This document shows, piece after piece, positions 35,424 to 44,662 of a DNA stretch of 64,000 nt; the stretch's first letter is position 1, and each line of letters opens with the position of its first letter. The stretch comes from a virus. The stretch spans positions 1 to 64,000 of the IMG/VR virus record IMGVR_UViG_3300044797_000185. One strand, written 5' to 3'. The notes beneath the pieces were generated by a model that ran no database searches, was not told the origin of the DNA, and was given only the letters and a program-made list of their open reading frames with translations. Made by a program: the position numbers and the translations under genes.

Positions 35424-36794
35424 ATGGCTAATGCTAATCCTTACTTAGTTTTAACTAGAGTACGAGATGCTGTCATTCTTGAACTTAGAGAAATCTTTGC
35501 CCCAAGGCATAATACAGCTGTAGTACCTGCCTTTGAATATAATTATATTGAAACATCTTCATCTGGGAACATTCAATTTTATGGTAATCCTTCAAATGGA
35601 AATACCGTTATAATTGGTGTAAATACAATTACGTTCGTAACTGGAACCCCATCAGGACTTCAAGTTAGAATTGGAGCAACGCAGCAAATTACTTTAGCAA
35701 ATTTAGTTGCTTTTATAAATGCAAATAGCAGTACTTTGCTGGTAACAGCCACTACAAATAGTGTTCCAAATATAGTTAATTTGATTGCAACAGCCCAAGG
35801 GGTTTCAGGAAATTTAATTACATTAGCTGTGAGTTCTACTGTGCTACGAGTTTCTTCCCCCACCCTTACTCAGGGGGGTTTGTTTGATTTTGATAATTCT
35901 GAAATTTTTATTTCTGATGCTATCCCTCAAGATTACCAGGATTGGCCATGCCTTATTGTTAATACTGCAATGGCAACTGAAACCCGATATCTTGGTCCAG
36001 AAGATAGCTTTGAAACAAAGAATAATTTTAACGTAGTAACACAATCAGAGATATTTTCTAGTTTAGTTGTGACTGTAACGATCACTCTTTACGTTATTGA
36101 CGATACACTTGCTCGTGATAAAATTATTGATTTAATTTATAATAATATGTCTGAAATACGACATCAACTCGCTTCAAATGGTATTGAAATGATTGACCGT
36201 ACAATGCCTACTGAAAATAGACAGTTTCAGGATCAGAGACAATATATTACTAATAATTTTATTTTACGAGTTTATTGTGAATGGAGTGATAACCAAGAAA
36301 TTACAAATATATCAAGTGTGTCTGTTTCTGTTCCTGTGACCCCAAATGCTGTTCCTATTATTAATAGCCCAATAAGTGCTTCCTATACTCATGGAATGCA
36401 ATTTGTTGTTGATAGTGTAGTTGATGCCACACATCTAACAGTAGAAAGTTCATTTGGTATGTCTTCTGGAAATACAATTACGCAAGGAACTCACACAACT
36501 ACAATCACTACAGTAGTAGATAATAATCATTTAACAGTAGGTTCCACAACAGGATGGATTCCTGGAAATGCTTCAAATACTTCAGTTAATTTACCCTTTT
36601 CATACATTATAACAGCTTCTGGTAATCCCACTTCCTATGGTGCTATTGGGTTGCCTTCAGGATTGACTGTGGATGCAGGTAATGGGCTTATTAGTGGAAT
36701 TCCTACTTCAGTCGGTAGTCCTTTTTATATTACTCTAAATGCTACGAATGCTACAGGTCAAGGAACACAGTCTTTGACTCTCACAGTTTCTTAA
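35424..36794 (+). CDS. Putative tail terminator/completion protein with inserted and appended beta modules
   Basis: Core IFISDAIP...WPCLIVN...ARDKIIDLI; Thr-rich module at ~36396-36585; C-terminal putative Ig (He_PIG-like) domain. Confidence 0.5.
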   Translation: MANANPYLVLTRVRDAVILELREIFAPRHNTAVVPAFEYNYIETSSSGNIQFYGNPSNGNTVIIGVNTITFVTGTPSGLQVRIGATQQITLANLVAFINANSSTLLVTATTNSVPNIVNLIATAQGVSGNLITLAVSSTVLRVSSPTLTQGGLFDFDNSEIFISDAIPQDYQDWPCLIVNTAMATETRYLGPEDSFETKNNFNVVTQSEIFSSLVVTVTITLYVIDDTLARDKIIDLIYNNMSEIRHQLASNGIEMIDRTMPTENRQFQDQRQYITNNFILRVYCEWSDNQEITNISSVSVSVPVTPNAVPIINSPISASYTHGMQFVVDSVVDATHLTVESSFGMSSGNTITQGTHTTTITTVVDNNHLTVGSTTGWIPGNASNTSVNLPFSYIITASGNPTSYGAIGLPSGLTVDAGNGLISGIPTSVGSPFYITLNATNATGQGTQSLTLTVS

Positions 36795-36857
36795 GTAAAT
36801 AAGAATAAAGTAACCTAAAAAGTATAATAAAATCACGTAGTATTAGAGATACTGCTT
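36794..36857 (+). repeat. 64-bp intergenic direct repeat, copy 2
   Basis: One mismatch relative to 5234-5297; lies upstream of the sheath gene. Confidence 0.95.
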
Positions 36858-36937
36858 TGCTTCGTAGAAAGATAGTTATTTACCAACAATTTTTGTAACC
36901 AAATAGATTTTAAATCTTTGTCAAGGAGATTCATCCA

Positions 36938-39436
36938 ATGCCTTCAATTAATAATCAGCCAGTTCTTCCAGGCGTATTTTCCCAGGTCCAACAGCAATTG
37001 CTTCCTTCTGTAACAGGTGGAATCAGAGTTGCTGCTTATATTGGAACTGGTCGTTTGACCAATTTAGTTGTTGGTGAAGCAGTCATTCGTGGTTCAGGAA
37101 ATCTTGATGCTCTCTTGCATCCAGCAGTTGCTCTTGATGGGACTTCAATTTCTGATGCCAACTTTGCAACTTATGAATTAGGTGTTGATTATTCTCTTAG
37201 TGGACCTTTTATTATTACTTCTGTTACTGATGGAACTCATTTGGTTGTTTCTTCAACAACAGGTATGTCTTCTGGAAATACAATTACGCAAGGAACTGCT
37301 TCTACAGATATCGTAACAGTTACTGATGGAACTCATTTGGTTGTTTCTTCAACAACAGGATTTGTTGCAGGTACTGCTTTAAATACTTCTATCGATGGAA
37401 TTAATTGGCTTACTGGTGCTATTTCCTTAACAGGAACAGCAAGTGATCCTTATGCAGGTCTTAGTGGAAAAACTTTCCAACTTTCAGTTGCAGGTGGACC
37501 AATTCAAACAGTTACTTTTTCAACAGAAACATCTGCTGATCAAGTTGTTGCTACTTTGAATGGTGCATTAACTGGGGCTGTCGCTTCTACTCCAGAAGTT
37601 CCAGTGCCAACTCTTGGTTCAGCATCTACTTATGCTGTTATCGCAAGTTCTACTATTACAAATACTGGTTCTACCACTCTCACAGGAAATGTTGCACTTA
37701 GTCCAGCAGGTTCTATCACAGGTTCCCCAACAGTTGTTGGAACAACTCATAATGGTGATGGTACAGCTGCGACAGCTTTAGCTGATGCTAACACAGCTTA
37801 TACTGCTTTTGCAGCTCTTCCAGGTGCAACTGATTTATCAGGAATGGTATTAGGAACAGGTGGAACAGTACCTACTCTTACTCCAGGCGTTTATAAATTT
37901 ACTTCTTCAGCACAGCTTACTGGTGCTTTAACACTCGATGCTGCTGGCAATCCAAATGCACAGTGGGTTTTCCAGATTGGTTCTACATTAACAACAGCAT
38001 CTGCTTCTTCAGTATTGTTAATTAATGGAGCTTCCGCTGGTAACATCTATTGGCAAGTTGGTAGCTCCGCTACCCTTGGAACAACAACAGCATTTAAAGG
38101 AACTATCATTGCTCAAGCAAGTGTAACAGATACTACAGGCGCAACAGTTCAGGGTCGCTTATTTGCCCTTACTGGAGCAGTAACATTAGACACAAATACA
38201 GTAACAGTTGTTCCAGGAACAACCCCAGGCGGTTCTTCAGTTACAATTACAACAACTGCTACATCTAATTCTTCTCTTACAATTGAAAATGGAACAGCAA
38301 ATAGTATTCTTGGTTTTACTGCTGGTTCATTAGTTTCTACTCCTTCTCGTCCAGTACTTGGCGTTACTTATTATGTCAATTATGAGTGGGCAAAGGCATT
38401 AAATGATGGACAGAGTAGCTTTCAACCTCAGTTTTTCTTCTTGCAGAATTTTAGTACAATTACAAATGCAATGGGAACTGTTGGTGGTGGCGATTCACAA
38501 ACTGCTAATATGTCAGGCGCATGGACTCTTCCAATTGCAGCACAACTCGCACAACAGAATGGTGCAAGCATTGTTTGTTTAATGCAGATGAATCCAGCAG
38601 ATGGCTCTAATGCATCGCAGGTTCGCGCAGCATTACAAAAGCTTTTCATTCCAAATATCAACATCGTTGTTTCACTCGATGCTGCTGATAATGCAATGCT
38701 AATTCCAGACATCACAAATCACGTTGAAACTGCTTCTAGCACGATTAACCGATTAGAGAGAACAGCATTCATTGGATTCTCCGCTCTTTCAAATCCTAGC
38801 GATGCAACAATGCTTGGATATGCAACCGCTGCTTCCAGTAATCGTGTAGTTGTAGTTAACCAGACCAATACAACATACACAATGTTTATTGGAACTAACC
38901 AAACAGCTTCTACGGTTGATGGAACAATGGCCGCAGCAGCACTTGCTGCCATTCGAACAGATCCCGCATTTGACGTTGCACAGCCATTAACACGCGAAGT
39001 ATTATCAGGTATTGCTACAACAAATACATTGGCACAATCTGAAAAAACAATCTTTGTTAATAATGGTGTATTAGTTATTGATAATGTATCTGGTTCACCA
39101 AAGGTATTGTTTGGAACTACAACAGAATTTGACACAATTCTTAACCAATTGTATCAAGTCACTGAAATTACAGATTATGTAGCACAAACATTGCGTGGAT
39201 TGCTCGATCCAATTTTCATTGGACAGAAATTGCTTACAAATACTCCTTCACAGGTTGAAACAGTTTCAGGTGCAATTCTTACAACGATTGAAGCTTCAAA
39301 CATCATTGAGTCATTTACACAGCCTTCCGCAACAGTAAATCCTCAACAGCCAACTCAGATTTTGCTTCAGGTAGGCATACAACCCGTCTTAGAACTGGAT
39401 ACCATCCTAATCACATTGGGATTGAACTTAGTATAA
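36938..39436 (+). CDS. Tail sheath protein with inserted Thr-rich module and DUF3494 ice-binding-like domain
   Basis: N-terminal PGVFSQVQ motif; C-terminal sheath core (QPLTREVLSG...NNGVLVI...VTEITDYVAQ...IQPVLELDTI); DUF3494 motifs at ~37604-38214; followed by the tube gene. Confidence 0.85.
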   Translation: MPSINNQPVLPGVFSQVQQQLLPSVTGGIRVAAYIGTGRLTNLVVGEAVIRGSGNLDALLHPAVALDGTSISDANFATYELGVDYSLSGPFIITSVTDGTHLVVSSTTGMSSGNTITQGTASTDIVTVTDGTHLVVSSTTGFVAGTALNTSIDGINWLTGAISLTGTASDPYAGLSGKTFQLSVAGGPIQTVTFSTETSADQVVATLNGALTGAVASTPEVPVPTLGSASTYAVIASSTITNTGSTTLTGNVALSPAGSITGSPTVVGTTHNGDGTAATALADANTAYTAFAALPGATDLSGMVLGTGGTVPTLTPGVYKFTSSAQLTGALTLDAAGNPNAQWVFQIGSTLTTASASSVLLINGASAGNIYWQVGSSATLGTTTAFKGTIIAQASVTDTTGATVQGRLFALTGAVTLDTNTVTVVPGTTPGGSSVTITTTATSNSSLTIENGTANSILGFTAGSLVSTPSRPVLGVTYYVNYEWAKALNDGQSSFQPQFFFLQNFSTITNAMGTVGGGDSQTANMSGAWTLPIAAQLAQQNGASIVCLMQMNPADGSNASQVRAALQKLFIPNINIVVSLDAADNAMLIPDITNHVETASSTINRLERTAFIGFSALSNPSDATMLGYATAASSNRVVVVNQTNTTYTMFIGTNQTASTVDGTMAAAALAAIRTDPAFDVAQPLTREVLSGIATTNTLAQSEKTIFVNNGVLVIDNVSGSPKVLFGTTTEFDTILNQLYQVTEITDYVAQTLRGLLDPIFIGQKLLTNTPSQVETVSGAILTTIEASNIIESFTQPSATVNPQQPTQILLQVGIQPVLELDTILITLGLNLV

Positions 39437-39486
39437 AATAGAAAAGAAAAAATTTAAAAAAAGATATTTCGTAAAGGAGAATCACG

Positions 39487-40017
39487 ATGGCCGAATTAGG
39501 GAATACGATTGCTCGACTTAGTACTAGCGTTTCACTTTTTGTACTTCCAAAAACTTTGGATGCTACCACATTAAATAACCCAGCAGCTCTTTTAGCTCTT
39601 GCACAACAGAGCACAAAGATTGGTGCTGTACAATCCTTTACCCAAACTCAAAGACGAAATACAGATTTTCGATTTGAATTGGATTCTGATTCTCAGGGAA
39701 AGCCAGTTGAAAGACTTCCTCGCACAGTTGATGAGTATTCTATTCGTGCTCAGCGCGTAATGCTTTACATTTCTGATGCTTTAGAAATCCTTGGTATTAG
39801 CGGTGATGATATTGTTAATAACAATGCCCCAATTGGTATTCTTAAGCAAGAAATTGCTCCAGCAGGTTCAGGCGTTCCTACAAAGAGCACAATCTTTACA
39901 GGAGTTTGGATTCACTCAGTTGGTGCAACGTATAATATTTCTGGTGGCGATTTGCGCGTAATGGAAGATGTCGATTTTGGTTATACAGGATCTACAGTAA
40001 TTGGTGAACCAGCCTAA
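39487..40017 (+). CDS. Tail tube protein
   Basis: 176 aa directly after the sheath gene; AAGGAG SD. Confidence 0.75.
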   Translation: MAELGNTIARLSTSVSLFVLPKTLDATTLNNPAALLALAQQSTKIGAVQSFTQTQRRNTDFRFELDSDSQGKPVERLPRTVDEYSIRAQRVMLYISDALEILGISGDDIVNNNAPIGILKQEIAPAGSGVPTKSTIFTGVWIHSVGATYNISGGDLRVMEDVDFGYTGSTVIGEPA

Positions 40018-40047
40018 CTTAGTTGATTTCTAGCTTCAAAATAGTAC

Positions 40048-40076
40048 TTGACAAAGTTCCCTTTATATGTTATACT
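40048..40076 (+). promoter_or_regulatory. Sigma70-type promoter
   Basis: TTGACA-17 nt-TATACT with TG extension; GGAGGT SD before ATG 40108. Confidence 0.85.
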
Positions 40077-40107
40077 TAAGTAGAGACAAATAAGGGAGGT
40101 AACAAAT

Positions 40108-40356
40108 ATGTTACATTTATTTTGGGGCACATACTTAGTTTTGGGATTTGTGTTTCTCTTGCTTGTTAAGACTTTTGTAGATATTGTAAGATACATTTCC
40201 AATCCTCATAAAGTAGATGGAAAGTTTGTGAATGATTTATTTGTTGGACTTGGCACAGTTACTGTCATTGGCTTAGGTGCCTATTCTATTAATAAGTTAA
40301 ATCAAGTTCAAAATGAGCTTAGAGATTTAAAAGAACAGATTAAGTATCAAAGATAA
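40108..40356 (+). CDS. Small two-TM membrane protein with its own promoter (moron-like)
   Basis: Two hydrophobic segments and a C-terminal coiled coil. Confidence 0.65.
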   Translation: MLHLFWGTYLVLGFVFLLLVKTFVDIVRYISNPHKVDGKFVNDLFVGLGTVTVIGLGAYSINKLNQVQNELRDLKEQIKYQR

Positions 40357-40373
40357 GTAAAAGGAGCAGTACA

Positions 40374-40715
40374 ATGGATTTGAAAAGCATTAAAAGCTTA
40401 GGAAGAGTTGAAAAGAAATTTGAATTGCTTAAGGGTTACACATTAACTCTCCATACACTTTCTTCTTCTGAAATGCAGGATTGTATTTCGGAGATTCCAA
40501 ATGGTCTTTCAGATGCCCATTGGCTTTCTGCTATGAATTTGGCATTATTATCTTACAGTACTTCTCATATTAATGATGAAGTTATTACATTAGAACAAGC
40601 TAAAGAATTTTATAAGAATCTTCAGATCACGTTACTTAATGATGCTGCTTTGTTTCTTGGAACGCTTAAAACAGAACAAGATGCAGTGTTAGAAGAACTC
40701 AAAAAAAAAGTTTAA
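40374..40715 (+). CDS. Tail assembly chaperone (short, G form)
   Basis: Located between tube and tape-measure genes; ends ELKKKV on a run of nine A. Confidence 0.75.
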   Translation: MDLKSIKSLGRVEKKFELLKGYTLTLHTLSSSEMQDCISEIPNGLSDAHWLSAMNLALLSYSTSHINDEVITLEQAKEFYKNLQITLLNDAALFLGTLKTEQDAVLEELKKKV

Positions 40716-41083
40716 CAACCTCCCCTGACTCCCTCCCATTCAGACACCTCTGGATTGTAAGTCGTGCCCTCAATGTTTCCCCTTTTTCTGATACCATTAG
40801 AAATCTTTCTGAACCTGAAATCCTCTGGACTCTTCAAAATTATTATGCTGATCAAAATGAGGATATGGATAAATATAAACTATTACTCCGATTTATTAAT
40901 CCAGATGGCGCAAAAAAACTCTTTGATGAAAATAGATCTGAGATGACAGTAAGTACTGAAGATTTTATGCTTGAACAGATGTCAAAAGATCTTAAAGGTA
41001 AGTATACACCTGAAGAATTGGCTGAGATTATGGAAGATCCCGCCCATTTTGCAAACCTTGATAGAATAGAAAAGGCTGATTAA
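40700..41083 (+). other. Predicted -1 ribosomal frameshift site and extension (G-T form of the chaperone)
   Basis: C AAA AAA AAA G. The -1 frame is open from 40703 (KKSLTTSPDSLPFRHLWIVSRALN...) and runs into the 40865-41083 ORF. Confidence 0.8.
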
Positions 41084-41085
41084 CA

Positions 41086-41994
41086 ATGAAACAGCGATTA
41101 AATTTAGAAGGGCAAAAATTTGGATTGTGGTTTGTAGTTAAGTATTTCCATCAGGATAAATGGAGAACTGCTTTATGGGAATGTCTATGTGATTGTGGCA
41201 GTATAAGATTTCTTAAAACAGATACTTTGATAAAAGGTAAGTCTTCTTCATGTGGGTGTTTCCGAAGTAAACGAATGGCACACCAAAATAAGAAACTTTT
41301 TACAACACATGGATTTTCTTCTAGAAATAATAAAATATCCCGTAAATTTTACAGAGCATGGCAAGGAATGCTAGATAGATGTTTAAATAAAAATGGTGAA
41401 TTTTATTATAGATATGGAGGTCGTGGCATTAAGGTTTGTGATGAATGGTTAACATTTGAAGGTTTTAAAGAAGATATGTATGAATCATATTTAAAACATG
41501 GTAAAGATTTTGGTTTTGGAAGAAGTACAACCTTAGATCGTATCGAAGTAAATGGTAATTATTGTAGAGAAAATTGTAGATGGCTTACACAGGCAGAACA
41601 AATGCTTAATACTTCTGTTACAGCCAATGTTAAAGATCATGTTTCCTTTATAAAATTTAGACTTTCTTTAGAACGATTTATTCTCTATATTTTATTTGAA
41701 AATAGAGATTTTTTTAAAGCAACAATTAAAAAATGTGTTGATCTTACAGGATGTACTCCAATTGAACTTAAAGAGTATATTGCTTCTCAATTTAAAGATG
41801 GTATGACTTGGGATAATCATGGTCTTTATTCAAAACAATATCCAAAAGTATGGAATATTGATCATATTATACCTGTAAAAGATTTTGATCTTTCCTTAGA
41901 ATTAGAGCGTAAACTTTGTTTTAACTATAAAAATTTACGACCTTTATGGGGTAAAGATAACAATGTTAAAAGATGCCACACATCAAAAGTTTAA
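41086..41994 (+). CDS. HNH-type homing endonuclease with two nuclease-like domains
   Basis: GQKFG...WECLCDCG; LDRIEVNGNYCRENCRW; WNIDHIIP...NLRPLW..DN. Confidence 0.8.
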   Translation: MKQRLNLEGQKFGLWFVVKYFHQDKWRTALWECLCDCGSIRFLKTDTLIKGKSSSCGCFRSKRMAHQNKKLFTTHGFSSRNNKISRKFYRAWQGMLDRCLNKNGEFYYRYGGRGIKVCDEWLTFEGFKEDMYESYLKHGKDFGFGRSTTLDRIEVNGNYCRENCRWLTQAEQMLNTSVTANVKDHVSFIKFRLSLERFILYILFENRDFFKATIKKCVDLTGCTPIELKEYIASQFKDGMTWDNHGLYSKQYPKVWNIDHIIPVKDFDLSLELERKLCFNYKNLRPLWGKDNNVKRCHTSKV

Positions 41995-41996
41995 AA

Positions 41997-42158
41997 ATGA
42001 ATCAAATTCCTTGTAAGAATTGCTATAAAAATATTGAAGAGCATTCGCAAGGTCTTAATTGTCTATTAAAATATGAATATGGTTGGGCATTGAAAGGCAC
42101 ACCATATGAACCATTTTCAAATCTCGATTATTTAGAATTTAAATATTTAAACAAGTAG
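41997..42158 (+). CDS. NLxYLE family, copy 8
   Basis: MNQIPCKNCYKNIEEH...YEPFSNLDYLEFKY; first 20 nt identical to copy 6. Confidence 0.7.
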   Translation: MNQIPCKNCYKNIEEHSQGLNCLLKYEYGWALKGTPYEPFSNLDYLEFKYLNK

Positions 42159-42196
42159 TTCCAACCTAAGTAGTAAATTCCAAGAGGTAAATTCCA

Positions 42197-43954
42197 TTGG
42201 CAGATCTATTAGGCCCTTCTGGGCAACCATTGCAACCTAATCCATTTCAAACAGGACAATCTTCTCTTCCTTTAAATACAACCCAGGCTCAAAGAGCTAT
42301 GGCTGACTTACAGAAGAGTATGGATGGTCTTCTTGGATCATTTAAGACTAATTGGGATAAGGCTACTCAGGAACGTCTTCATGCAGAAGAAACGTTTTTT
42401 CGTTCCGTTGATAAACTTTCTAAATCCAATCACGCTAACCTATTGCGTCAAAAAGATGAATATATATCCAAAATTAAACAAGAAGCAAGTGCCCAATTAG
42501 ATGCCTATCAAAAAGAAGTATCTGAAGGTAAAAGATCTGCTGAAGAATTAGCTTCATTTCGAACAGCTAAAGCGGTTGAAGTAAATAAAAAAGTTGTTGA
42601 AGCTGAACGAGATGTTAATAGAAAGCGTACTGAGGAACTTAAAAAAAGTGGTTTTCTATCCCAGTCAGGACAATTTTTAGGTCAAGTTGGTGGTCATATT
42701 GGTGGTGTATCTGGAGCTGCCATTTCTGGTGTTGGAAGTGCTCTTGGACTTCTAGCCAATCCTGCTTTTGATGTAGCTGCCATCATAGGTTTAGCTGTAG
42801 CAGCAGCTTTTAAAATAGGTGAGCAAGAGGCCCAAAAGGTACGAATAGGGGCTTCCTTGGCTTCTGGAGGCTTTGGAATAGGGGCTGGAGGAAGAGCAGC
42901 TGCTGGAATAGAGGGTGGAGGGTTATTCGGTCCCCTTTTTGGTAGTGCTTTAAGTGCCAAAGATCAAGAACGTCTTGTTGGAACAATGGCAACTTCTCCT
43001 CAATTATTGCAGGGGGCTACTTCCTCAAATAAAGATTTTTTGGATACTATGGGATTATTCGCTAATGTAATGCCAGATTCCACCGAAATTATAAAAGAAA
43101 TGGTTCGAGAGTCTAATTCCTTGGGCATGTCTTTTAAACAAATGCAACAGACTTTTACGAGTGTTCGTGTAAATCAGCATACACTTAATAGTAGCTTTTC
43201 AGACACTATAAATACACAGCTTGCTATGCAGAAATCATTACGTAATCTTACTAATGATACAGGTGTAGCAGCAAGTCTTATTAATAATCTTGGAACCTAT
43301 TTTGATAAGATTAAAGCTAATCCTGAAGAACGTCAAAGAATGGCTTCTGGTTTTGCCGCTGGCATTGCTAATCTTTCTCTTTCTCAAATCGTTGGTATGG
43401 CTGGATTTATTGGAGGCGGTAAACTTCCAACTCATGATCAATTGTTTGGAGGATCTAATCCTTTAGTTGGTGCAGGAACTCCTGCTTTGTTAGGTAATTT
43501 TCTATCTAAAGTAGGAGCACAGGCTGGCCCAAGAGGAACTATACAATCTGATTTAGTTGCAGATCAGTTAAGACAACAATTCTTACAAGGATCTCGTCTA
43601 CAAGATGTAGGAAGTTTCTTTCAAGCAGTAGATGCATTAAAAGCAGGTAAGATTACCTCTGCACAATTTGGTAAAAAGTTTGAAACTTTGGAAAAGAATA
43701 CCCCTCAAGGACTTATGGCTGAGGGTATTCAAAAACTTGGAGCTGTTTTAGGACCAGAAGGGCAATTTGAAAAATTTCTAAGTGCCTTTTTTACTAAGAT
43801 GATTGAAGACTTGGAAATTATTGCAGGTAAAAGAGATGGTCCTGGGGTTAGCAGAGTTAAGCATATTGTTTCTGAAGTAACAGGGGCTCATTCTAAGAAA
43901 GATTTAGCTAAAAAAATTATAGGAACTACGTTACATATCGCTTCAAATGTATAA
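42197..43954 (+). CDS. Tape measure protein
   Basis: TTG start with GAGGT SD; helical, Ala/Gly-rich; located between chaperone and baseplate genes. Confidence 0.7.
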   Translation: MADLLGPSGQPLQPNPFQTGQSSLPLNTTQAQRAMADLQKSMDGLLGSFKTNWDKATQERLHAEETFFRSVDKLSKSNHANLLRQKDEYISKIKQEASAQLDAYQKEVSEGKRSAEELASFRTAKAVEVNKKVVEAERDVNRKRTEELKKSGFLSQSGQFLGQVGGHIGGVSGAAISGVGSALGLLANPAFDVAAIIGLAVAAAFKIGEQEAQKVRIGASLASGGFGIGAGGRAAAGIEGGGLFGPLFGSALSAKDQERLVGTMATSPQLLQGATSSNKDFLDTMGLFANVMPDSTEIIKEMVRESNSLGMSFKQMQQTFTSVRVNQHTLNSSFSDTINTQLAMQKSLRNLTNDTGVAASLINNLGTYFDKIKANPEERQRMASGFAAGIANLSLSQIVGMAGFIGGGKLPTHDQLFGGSNPLVGAGTPALLGNFLSKVGAQAGPRGTIQSDLVADQLRQQFLQGSRLQDVGSFFQAVDALKAGKITSAQFGKKFETLEKNTPQGLMAEGIQKLGAVLGPEGQFEKFLSAFFTKMIEDLEIIAGKRDGPGVSRVKHIVSEVTGAHSKKDLAKKIIGTTLHIASNV

Positions 43955-43970
43955 TAAAAGGTAAAAATAA

Positions 43971-44468
43971 ATGGCAACAATTTATCCATTACAGCTTAAT
44001 GGTCTTAATTTCTTCGTAAATCCTCGCAATATGAAGATTTCAAAATCAGTAGCATTTTCTCCTCTACCTACGCAGAGCGGAGTACAATATCAAGTTTGGT
44101 ACAACGCTCCCGAAATGCTTTCTATTAGTGGAGCTTCTGCTGGTCAAACTGCTTACCAAGAACTTCTTTTCTTAAAACAGAATTTTGAAAAGAATGATAA
44201 GCTTAGTACTCTTTTTTATAAGACTCAGCTTTATCAAGGTTTTATAACGTTGCTAGATGTTGAGGCTTCCACAAGCCATTTAAATGAATTTACCTATCAA
44301 TTAAATTTTCAATTATTGACAGGTCAACAGTTTGCCATTGAAGATTTTTCGATTTCTACAACTAATAACGGATTAGTATTAGGAGCAATTGCTAATTTAC
44401 AAAAAGTTTTAAATATCCCACTTAATCAGGCAAACGCAAAGATTAACAGTCTTTTACAGAAATTTTAA
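43971..44468 (+). CDS. Baseplate/tube-initiator-like protein
   Basis: Follows the tape-measure gene; F.VNP.NMKISKS motif typical of this slot. Confidence 0.55.
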   Translation: MATIYPLQLNGLNFFVNPRNMKISKSVAFSPLPTQSGVQYQVWYNAPEMLSISGASAGQTAYQELLFLKQNFEKNDKLSTLFYKTQLYQGFITLLDVEASTSHLNEFTYQLNFQLLTGQQFAIEDFSISTTNNGLVLGAIANLQKVLNIPLNQANAKINSLLQKF

Positions 44469-44662
44469 TGATTGGTTTTCCTTGTGATTGTGGACATATA
44501 AAAAAAGATCACGAAGCTTCTCTAATAGAACCTGAATATTGGCAATGGCCAAGAAAAAATCTTTGTGGGGAATGTAATTGTATTGGATATATAATTATGT
44601 CTAATTTAAAATATTTAGCGCAACGATACGAAGAGAGTATAAAAAATGGCAACTCCAGATAA
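44468..44662 (+). CDS. NLxYLE family, copy 9
   Basis: FPCDCGHIKKDH...CNCIGYIIMSNLKYLAQRY. Confidence 0.7.
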   Translation: MIGFPCDCGHIKKDHEASLIEPEYWQWPRKNLCGECNCIGYIIMSNLKYLAQRYEESIKNGNSR

